Source: Elusimicrobiota bacterium (GTDB taxonomy: Bacteria; Elusimicrobiota; JBDRON01). Taken from it: a stretch of 64,000 bases of DNA. Shown here one piece after another: positions 57,156 through 64,000 of this stretch (positions are counted from its first letter, which is position 1; each line of letters opens with the position of its first letter). The translations under genes were made by a program, and so were the position numbers. The stretch is from positions 4,634 through 68,633 of the forward strand of contig JBDRON010000102.1 of the NCBI GenBank assembly GCA_043810025.1, written 5' to 3'. The notes under the pieces are model-generated. The model was not told the origin of the DNA. It made no database searches and was given only the letters and a program-made list of their open reading frames with translations.

Positions 57156-57184
57156 ATAGGGGACAACTACGCAATGTCCCCTAT
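57156..57184. repeat. Degenerate GTAG-type palindrome
   Basis: ataggggaca-actacgcaa-tgtcccctat. Confidence 0.65.
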
Positions 57185-57202
57185 TTTATGTGAGGTGTCA
57201 AA

Positions 57203-58228
57203 ATGATGATTAAAGAAGCGATTAGCAAATTGATTGTTCGGCAGAATTTGACGGAAGCGGAAGCGTTGGGTTGCATGCGGGAAATCATGAATGGCGAAGC
57301 CACGTCGGCGCAGATTGCCGCTTTTCTGGTGGCTTTGCGAATGAAAGGCGAGACTGCCGAGGAAATTACCGGTTGTGCGCGGGTAATGCGGCAGATGGCT
57401 ACTCAGATAAAAATATTGAATAAAGAAGCGGTGGTGATTGACACCTGCGGGACGGGTGGTGACTGTAAAGGCACGTTTAATATTTCCACGACGACGGCTT
57501 TTGTTGCGGCTGGGGCGGGACTGATTGTGGCCAAACACGGCAACCGGTCGGTTTCCAGTTGTTCGGGCAGCGCTGATCTTTTGGAAGCCTTGGGGGTAAA
57601 TATTAATCTTACCCCGGAACAGGTGGAGAACTGTATCAACGAAATCGGCATCGGCTTTCTTTTTGCTCCCTTACTGCATAAAGCGATGAAACACGCGATT
57701 GGACCAAGAAAAGAAATTGCTACACGGACAATTTTTAATATTCTGGGTCCGCTAACCAATCCAGCGCAGGCCGATGTTCAATTGCTCGGTGTTTACGATC
57801 TGTCGTTAGTGGAATTGTTAGCCAATGTTTTAAAAAATTTGGGGACCAGACATGCTTTTGTGGTTCATGGTGAAGACGGGTTGGATGAGATTACCACTAC
57901 CGGCCAAACGACAATGGCTGAAGTATTCGATGGGAAACTAAAACTTTATCAGATTAATCCGAAAGATTTTGGGATTCCCTTGGCTCAATTGTCGGACCTG
58001 AAGGGCGGGGAGGCTAAAGAGAACGCGGAAATTACTCTTCGTCTTCTTAAAGGGGAAAAAGGTCCCAAACGCGATATTGTTGTTCTCAACGCCGCGGCCG
58101 CTTTAATCGCGGCCGGCAAAGCCAAAGATTTTCCTGAAGGCTTGGTTTTGGCCGGAAAGTCGATCGACTCCGGAGCCGCCTTAAAAAAACTGGAGTTGTT
58201 AGAGGAATTGACGAACAAGCATGAATAA
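57203..58228 (+). CDS. trpD: Anthranilate phosphoribosyltransferase
   Basis: [28 protein letters not shown]. Confidence 0.96.
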   Translation: MMIKEAISKLIVRQNLTEAEALGCMREIMNGEATSAQIAAFLVALRMKGETAEEITGCARVMRQMATQIKILNKEAVVIDTCGTGGDCKGTFNISTTTAFVAAGAGLIVAKHGNRSVSSCSGSADLLEALGVNINLTPEQVENCINEIGIGFLFAPLLHKAMKHAIGPRKEIATRTIFNILGPLTNPAQADVQLLGVYDLSLVELLANVLKNLGTRHAFVVHGEDGLDEITTTGQTTMAEVFDGKLKLYQINPKDFGIPLAQLSDLKGGEAKENAEITLRLLKGEKGPKRDIVVLNAAAALIAAGKAKDFPEGLVLAGKSIDSGAALKKLELLEELTNKHE

Positions 58229-59009
58229 TAATTTTTTAGCCGATATTGTCCAAACAAAAAAAGAGCGGGTCGAGGCCAAGAAGAAACAATTGCCTTTGGA
58301 AAAGATCTTGGAATATTTGCCGCTTCTGGAGCCGCCGCGCAATTTTAAAGAAGCAATCAGAAAAAAAGAAAAAATTAATTTAATCGCGGAAATCAAAAAG
58401 GCTTCGCCTTCGCAAGGGTCAATCGTCGAGCATTTTTCCGTCGAAGAAATTGCCCGTGAATATACCCGCAGCGGGGCAAAAGCGCTTTCGGTGCTGACGG
58501 AAGAAAAATATTTTCAGGGTGATTTATTCCATCTGCTGGAAGCCCATCGTATTTCCCCCTTGCCGCTCTTGCGCAAGGATTTTATCGTTGATGAATACCA
58601 GCTATACGAGGCGCGTTATTTTATCAGTGATGCGGTCTTGCTGATCGCCGAGGTAGTACCCCTTGAACAGTTGCCGCGCTTTTTAGAGATAGTAAAGGAA
58701 TTGAAAATGTCTGCCCTGGTTGAGGCGCATACGGAAGAAAATTTAGAAAAAGTATTAACGATTCCCGGCGTGGAAATAATCGGGGTCAATAATCGTGATT
58801 TGCAGACCTTCAAAGTTGATTTTCAGACCTCTTTGCGGCTGAAGAAAAAAATACCTCTAAATAAAATCACCGTGGCGGAAAGCGGGGTGAGCAGCCGGAA
58901 AAATATTGCTCAGTTGGAAGCGGCTGGTTTCGACGCCGTTCTCATCGGCCAGAGCCTCTTGGAAAGCCGAAACATTTCGGAAAAGGTAAAAGAGTTGTTT
59001 GGAAAATAA
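58221..59009 (+). CDS. trpC: Indole-3-glycerol phosphate synthase
   Basis: [31 protein letters not shown]. Confidence 0.96.
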   Translation: MNNNFLADIVQTKKERVEAKKKQLPLEKILEYLPLLEPPRNFKEAIRKKEKINLIAEIKKASPSQGSIVEHFSVEEIAREYTRSGAKALSVLTEEKYFQGDLFHLLEAHRISPLPLLRKDFIVDEYQLYEARYFISDAVLLIAEVVPLEQLPRFLEIVKELKMSALVEAHTEENLEKVLTIPGVEIIGVNNRDLQTFKVDFQTSLRLKKKIPLNKITVAESGVSSRKNIAQLEAAGFDAVLIGQSLLESRNISEKVKELFGK

Positions 59010-59017
59010 GGTTTTTT

Positions 59018-59026
59018 TGATATAAT
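59018..59026 (+). promoter_or_regulatory. Extended -10 element upstream of trpF
   Basis: TGaTATAAT. Confidence 0.45.
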
Positions 59027-59080
59027 TAAACAGTTAAATGTTTCAATCTAGTCACTGGATCTGAAATCCTTTTATATTAG

Positions 59081-59719
59081 ATGACAAAAATAAAAATTTG
59101 CGGGATTACTAATGAGCAGGATGCGGTATGGGCGGCGAATCTGGGTGTGGATTATATCGGTTTAAATTTTTTTGAAAACAGTCCACGGAAGACTTCCGAG
59201 CCGATGGTCAAAAAAATTATTGCCGGCCTGCCGCCTTATGTTTTGCCGGTGGGAATTTTTGTCAATGAAGAGCTGAAAAAAGTTATACGGACAGCAACAA
59301 AGTGTAATTTTTCCTTGGTTCAACTGCATGGAACGGAAGATAAGGAATATTGCCGGCAATTACAAGAAGCCGGTTTGAAGGTTATCAAAGTTTTTCGGAT
59401 TGCTGATGATCCGAATCTCGTTTTGCCGTTGGAAGAGTATCAGGAAGTGGCCGATTATTTCCTTTTCGATACCTTTGTGCCGGAGGAAGCCGGCGGAACC
59501 GGTAAAAGTTTTAATTGGGATATTTTAACCCCGCAGAAATTGGCGGTTAAACTCACCTTTATTTCCGGTGGATTGAACCCGGACAATGTGGGAGAACTAT
59601 TGGAAAAAGTTCAACCTTACGCCGTAGATGTCTGCAGCGGAATTGAGCGGCTGCCGCGGCGCAAAGACTACGAAAAAATGCACCAGTTCGTGCTGAAAGT
59701 TAGAGGGAGCGCTAAATAA
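59081..59719 (+). CDS. trpF: Phosphoribosylanthranilate isomerase
   Basis: KICGIT, VQLHG, GGTG, SGGL, VDVCSG. Confidence 0.95.
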   Translation: MTKIKICGITNEQDAVWAANLGVDYIGLNFFENSPRKTSEPMVKKIIAGLPPYVLPVGIFVNEELKKVIRTATKCNFSLVQLHGTEDKEYCRQLQEAGLKVIKVFRIADDPNLVLPLEEYQEVADYFLFDTFVPEEAGGTGKSFNWDILTPQKLAVKLTFISGGLNPDNVGELLEKVQPYAVDVCSGIERLPRRKDYEKMHQFVLKVRGSAK

Positions 59720-59742
59720 GTTAAAAAGGAGGATATGAATTT

Positions 59743-59891
59743 ATGGAGGCAAGAAAATTTATCAGTAAGGTTTTGCCTGACGGCCATCTTTCTTTGTTGA
59801 CGGAAGAAGATATTGAAAGGATTATTCATGAATCACGGGGAGTAGCGTGAAAAAGATAGTTCTTGATACAAATTATTGCAAGTCATATTGA
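59743..59891 (+). pseudogene. Decayed antitoxin plus PIN (VapC) toxin remnant
   Basis: 35-aa ORF MEARKFISKVLPDGHLSL/LTEEDIERIIHESRGVA overlapping (GTGA) with MKKIVLDTN, which stops after 14 codons. Confidence 0.6.
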
Positions 59892-59935
59892 TGGGCGCGC
59901 CTCTAAAAATTTTAGATTGAACCTCGGAGGTAAAT

Positions 59936-60124
59936 ATGTATACAGCAAAACAGGAAGTAAGTAAACTTATTTCGCTTTTACCGGACAATAGTTCTTTGGA
60001 AGACATTCAGTATCATCTTTATGTACTGCAAAAAATTGAAAAAGGTTTAAAAGATGCCAAACATGGACGGGTTTGTACTCAAAAAGAAGTTGAAAAACGG
60101 TTGGAAAAATGGCTAAAAAAATAA
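59936..60124 (+). CDS. Small antitoxin-like protein
   Basis: LPDNSSLEDIQYHLYVLQKIEKGL; overlaps the toxin gene. Confidence 0.8.
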   Translation: MYTAKQEVSKLISLLPDNSSLEDIQYHLYVLQKIEKGLKDAKHGRVCTQKEVEKRLEKWLKK

Positions 60125-60414
60125 TTTGGTCTTCCGAAGCTGTTGCCGACCTGGAATCTCTTGCTGAGTATATTGGGAGAGATTCTCTATATTATGCGTC
60201 ATCGTTTGTTCAAGAAATTATTGAATTAAGCAAAGGATTAAATGAATTTCATAAAAGGGGGCGAGTTGTGCCCGAGCTTGGTGATGTTAATGTTCGCGAA
60301 CTTTTCATTAAAGAATATCGACTAATGTATAGTGTTCAAAAATCACAGATAGTTATAGTAGGTATTATTCATGGTAAAAGAGATCTTAACAAATTATGGA
60401 AAAAAGGGAAATAG
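60109..60414 (+). CDS. RelE/ParE-family toxin
   Basis: [28 protein letters not shown]. Confidence 0.88.
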   Translation: MAKKIIWSSEAVADLESLAEYIGRDSLYYASSFVQEIIELSKGLNEFHKRGRVVPELGDVNVRELFIKEYRLMYSVQKSQIVIVGIIHGKRDLNKLWKKGK

Positions 60415-60425
60415 AGCTATCTAAT

Positions 60426-61604
60426 ATGAATTTACCCGATAGTAAAGGTTATTTTGGCGAGTTTGGGGGGCGGTTTGCCCCGGAGACTTTAATTCCGGCT
60501 TTGGAGGAATTGGAGAAAGCTTATTTTGCTTCTTTGAAAGATAAAAAATTTCACCAGGAGCTGAATTATTACCTGGCTAATTTTGTCGGCCGTCCCACCC
60601 CGCTTTATTTTGCCCAGCGGTTGACGGAATATCTGGGCGGGCCGCGGATTTATCTGAAACGGGAAGATCTCTGTCATACCGGCGCCCATAAAATAAATAA
60701 TACGATGGGTCAGGTGATCCTGGCCAAAAAATTAGGCAAGAAAAGAATTATTGCCGAGACCGGCGCCGGCCAACACGGGGTAGCGACGGCGACGGCTTGC
60801 GCCCTTTTTGGTTTGGAATGCGATGTCTATATGGGCTCGGAAGATGTGGAACGGCAGGCCTTGAATGTTTTCCGCATGGAATTGCTGGGAACCAGGGTAA
60901 TCAAGGTGGATTCGGGCAGTAAAACCCTGAAAGATGCGATCAACGAAGCGATGCGGGATTGGGTAACCAATGTTTTGAACACTCATTATATTATCGGTTC
61001 GACAGTTGGTCCGCACCCCTTTCCTCTAATTGTGCGGAATTATCAATCGGTCATTGGGGCGGAAGTTAAAAAACAAATTTTAAAGCATGAGCAAAGACTC
61101 CCCGATTATTTAATTGCTTGTGTCGGCGGGGGATCAAATTCTTTAGGTTTGTTTGCCCCCTTCTATGCCGATAAGCAAGTTAAGTTTATTGGTGTCGAGG
61201 CTGCGGGCAAAGGAATTTCTACCGGTATGCACGCGGCGACGCTTTCCCAAGGGAAAGTGGGAATATTGCATGGCTCCAAGTCTTATCTACTGCAAGATAA
61301 AAATGGGCAAGTGCAAATCACCCATTCCGTTTCTGCCGGATTGGACTATCCCGGTGTCGGGCCGGAACATTCTTTTTATAAGGCCAGCGGGCGCGCCGAA
61401 TATGCGGCGATAACTGATGATGAGGCTTTGGAAGCCTTTAAGATTTTGTCCCACAAAGAGGGGATCATCCCGGCTTTAGAGCCGGCCCATGCTATCGCTT
61501 ATTTAATTAAAATAGCAAAAAAAATTCCCAAAAATAAGATTATAGTCATTGGCCTTTCCGGCCGTGGCGATAAAGATGTCGATCAGGTGAGGAGTCTCGT
61601 CTAA
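60426..61604 (+). CDS. trpB: Tryptophan synthase beta chain
   Basis: [45 protein letters not shown]. Confidence 0.97.
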   Translation: MNLPDSKGYFGEFGGRFAPETLIPALEELEKAYFASLKDKKFHQELNYYLANFVGRPTPLYFAQRLTEYLGGPRIYLKREDLCHTGAHKINNTMGQVILAKKLGKKRIIAETGAGQHGVATATACALFGLECDVYMGSEDVERQALNVFRMELLGTRVIKVDSGSKTLKDAINEAMRDWVTNVLNTHYIIGSTVGPHPFPLIVRNYQSVIGAEVKKQILKHEQRLPDYLIACVGGGSNSLGLFAPFYADKQVKFIGVEAAGKGISTGMHAATLSQGKVGILHGSKSYLLQDKNGQVQITHSVSAGLDYPGVGPEHSFYKASGRAEYAAITDDEALEAFKILSHKEGIIPALEPAHAIAYLIKIAKKIPKNKIIVIGLSGRGDKDVDQVRSLV

Positions 61605-61616
61605 GACAGGTTAATT

Positions 61617-62399
61617 ATGACAAGTATCTCTCAAAAATTTGCTCAATTGCGGGCAGAAAAGAAGAAAGCGCTGATTGCTTTCATTACCGCCGGTTATCCG
61701 GATTTGGAGGCGACCACCAGGTATTTGACGGTTTTGGAAAAAGCCGGTGTGGATATTGCGGAAATTGGCGTGCCCTTTTCCGATCCCAGCGCTGATGGTC
61801 CAACGATTCAATATTCTTCCCAGAAGGCGTTGGAGAAAGGGATTAGCTTGCCGGCGATCTTCGCCTGGATAAAGAAAATCCGTCCGCAATTTTCTTTGCC
61901 GCTGGTTTTAATGTCCTATTATAATCCCATTTACCAACTGGGGAAGAAGTTGATCCCGAATATTATTCAATCGGAAGTGCAGGGATTAATTATCCCCGAC
62001 TTGCCTCCCGATGAGGAAGAAAATTTTCAAAAAAAATTGGAAGAAAAGAATATTGATTTGATTTTTTTGCTGGCCCCCACCAGTAATCAGCAGAGAATCA
62101 AGTTGGCCGCTGAGAAAAGTAAGGGTTTTATTTATGTCGTCTCGCTGACCGGGGTAACCGGCGCTCGAAGCGCGCTCTCTCCTCAAGTGAAGTCTCTCCT
62201 TCAGAAAATTCGCCGTTATACCGATAAACCTTTAGCTTTAGGTTTTGGTATTTCCCGCCCGGAGCAAGTCCAGCCCCTGCGTAATTCCTGCGACGGAATC
62301 ATCATCGGCAGCGCCCTCATCGAAATCATCCGCCAGGGAGGCGATGTCGAGAAGAAATTAGCCGATTTCTTGAAGCCATTTGGAGAAATACTGGGATAA
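61617..62399 (+). CDS. trpA: Tryptophan synthase alpha chain
   Basis: EIGVPFSDPSADGPTIQ, MSYYN, GVTG, GFGIS. Confidence 0.96.
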   Translation: MTSISQKFAQLRAEKKKALIAFITAGYPDLEATTRYLTVLEKAGVDIAEIGVPFSDPSADGPTIQYSSQKALEKGISLPAIFAWIKKIRPQFSLPLVLMSYYNPIYQLGKKLIPNIIQSEVQGLIIPDLPPDEEENFQKKLEEKNIDLIFLLAPTSNQQRIKLAAEKSKGFIYVVSLTGVTGARSALSPQVKSLLQKIRRYTDKPLALGFGISRPEQVQPLRNSCDGIIIGSALIEIIRQGGDVEKKLADFLKPFGEILG

Positions 62400-62414
62400 A
62401 GGAAAATACAATGA

Positions 62415-62443
62415 TTGACATTATCCTCGCAGTATGTTATTAT
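62415..62443 (+). promoter_or_regulatory. Sigma70 promoter
   Basis: TTGACA 62415-20, 17 nt spacer, TGt-TATTAT 62438-43. Confidence 0.6.
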
Positions 62444-62456
62444 CAATAACAATAAT

Positions 62457-63845
62457 ATGGATAAAATAGGCAAATACCAATTGCAATCACATAATCCCTG
62501 GTGGCTAAGGCAAGAGCTGGTGCAGGAAGATAACAAGATTGTTGAATTTGAGCAGCAAAAATATAAATGGCATCATCCTTTTTATTACAACTTTCCCCTG
62601 CAAGAAGATGCCATATTAACCCTAAGAGGTCCGCGCCAGGTTGGTAAAACCACTTTTCTCAAACTGCTGATTCGTCATCTTCTTCTTGAAGTTAAGATTC
62701 CACGCCAAGCCGTATTTTTTTATCCCTGCGATCGTATCGCAGATTATAATGAACTATATGATTTATTAACCGAATATCTAAACTTTGTCCAGGCTCGAGA
62801 AAATTCCCGGCTATTTATTTTTCTGGATGAAATTTCTTTTGTTAAGGAATGGCAGCGGGCAATTAAATCATTGGCGGATAGCGGTAAATTAAAAAATGTG
62901 GTTTTACTTCTTACCGGTTCTAATGTTTTAGATATCCAATTTTCTTCGGAAAGACTTCCCGGACGAAGAGGTAAAATATTCAGGCCGGATATTGAAATCC
63001 AACCCTTGGATTTTTCTGACTTCTTGGGATTGGTGATGCCTGACCTCAGAGAGAAAAAAATTGGCGAAGTTTTCAGTTTGCATTTTGCTCAATTACAAAA
63101 ACTTTTTGAGGATTTTTTGCTTACCGGCGGGTTTTTGGTAAATATTAATAATTATTACAGTCAGGGTTTTATTCCAGCTTATATCTATGATCTGTATCGA
63201 AGCTGGATTGAGGGAGATCTGCATAAAACCGGCAAGTCCGATGAAGTAGCGCTAAGAATATTTGAAAGATTATTTATCCATTTGACTACACCAACCAGTT
63301 ACTATAAGTTAGCCAAAGAAAGCGGGGTGGTTTCTCATCTGACGGTTAGGGACTATTTAGATATTTTAGAAAAAATTTTTGTTCTTTTTAAGGTAGAATA
63401 CTTTTCTATAGAACAGAGGCGCATTGATGCTAAAAAGAACCGCAAGGTATATTTCGACGATCCTTTTATTTTGCAGGTTATAATCGCGAGTTTTGAGAAT
63501 TTTTTAGATGATGCCTTTAATTATTCTCAAAAAACATTTTTAAGAGAAAATCTACGGCCTAAAATTGCCGAGATGCTGGTCGGGTCGGTTTTGAAAAGAA
63601 AATATTCTCAAACTTATTACGGTAGCTGCGCTTTAGGGGAAGTCGATTTTGTGGTTAGAGAAAAAGAACAGTATTTATTCTTTGAGGTAAAATATCAGAG
63701 GAATTTAGGTCCGGAAGATTTTTATAAATACAAAAATCTTTTAAAGAAAATTACCGTAATCACAAAAAATAATTTGGCCGAAGAAAAAGAAATAAAATTA
63801 ATCCCTTTAGAAATTTTCCTGGGATTTAAAGAGGAATTTATCTGA
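62457..63845 (+). CDS. AAA+ ATPase with C-terminal DUF4143/PD-(D/E)xK-like domain
   Basis: GPRQVGKT, FLDEI, LTGS, KVYFDD, GEVDFVV...FEVK. Confidence 0.85.
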   Translation: MDKIGKYQLQSHNPWWLRQELVQEDNKIVEFEQQKYKWHHPFYYNFPLQEDAILTLRGPRQVGKTTFLKLLIRHLLLEVKIPRQAVFFYPCDRIADYNELYDLLTEYLNFVQARENSRLFIFLDEISFVKEWQRAIKSLADSGKLKNVVLLLTGSNVLDIQFSSERLPGRRGKIFRPDIEIQPLDFSDFLGLVMPDLREKKIGEVFSLHFAQLQKLFEDFLLTGGFLVNINNYYSQGFIPAYIYDLYRSWIEGDLHKTGKSDEVALRIFERLFIHLTTPTSYYKLAKESGVVSHLTVRDYLDILEKIFVLFKVEYFSIEQRRIDAKKNRKVYFDDPFILQVIIASFENFLDDAFNYSQKTFLRENLRPKIAEMLVGSVLKRKYSQTYYGSCALGEVDFVVREKEQYLFFEVKYQRNLGPEDFYKYKNLLKKITVITKNNLAEEKEIKLIPLEIFLGFKEEFI

Positions 63846-63892
63846 GGTTATTGTAAAGTGAAAAGAAAATTTTGGCTAGGGGTGTCCTAATT

Positions 63893-64000
63893 ATGATAAG
63901 AAAAATTATGGGTCTTTCCGTCGTGGTATTAATTTTCTCTCTAACTTTAGCCGGTACGGCGATATCGGAAGAATATGCTTTTTCCCAAAAATGGGGCGGG
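63893..64000 (+). CDS. Secreted protein, 3' partial (possibly NHL-repeat)
   Basis: Signal peptide MIRKIMGLSVVVLIFSLTLAG, then EYAFSQKWGG. Confidence 0.5.
   Translation, partial: MIRKIMGLSVVVLIFSLTLAGTAISEEYAFSQKWGG

Noticed and set aside
52630-60414. Integron cassette array for the TA modules
   Set aside because: No GTTRRRY/RYYYAAC attC dyads or integrase recognised by eye; core trp genes lie between the modules

Overview
64-kb bacterial chromosomal segment, nearly all genes on the + strand, probably from an anaerobic and poorly characterised lineage (inference from the Fd-EtfA/Bcd module and gene content; taxonomy cannot be fixed from sequence alone). Backbone: fabD, purB-purA-carA, fabG-acpP-fabF-rnc, acyl-CoA dehydrogenase-etfB-etfA(Fd), GldA/F/G-like ABC system, pncB-pncA, SpoIID/LytB, SOD plus two-component genes, rpsP-rimM-trmD-rplS-rnhB-yraN, hisDBHAFI-lepB and trpEG-DC-F-BA. 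Accessory inserts: (i) a PilV/W/X-like minor pilin trio with a 770-aa pilin-adhesin, followed by a Phd-RelE TA; (ii) a 6.4-kb cassette of lipoprotein, DGGGPS-like UbiA prenyltransferase, two radical SAM/SPASM enzymes, a reduced tetraether-synthase(Tes)-like radical SAM and a methyltransferase, bracketed by identical 41-bp promoter-containing direct repeats. This cassette is the best candidate for an undescribed (lipid-modifying) system; (iii) TA-type modules interleaved between trp genes. Intergenic space holds about 30 palindromic or tandem repeats of at least four families, including a REP inserted in frame inside rimM and a 206-bp MITE. Three genes have single-base frameshifts at homopolymers (real or assembly error). 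No rRNA, tRNA, CRISPR array or transposase was recognised.
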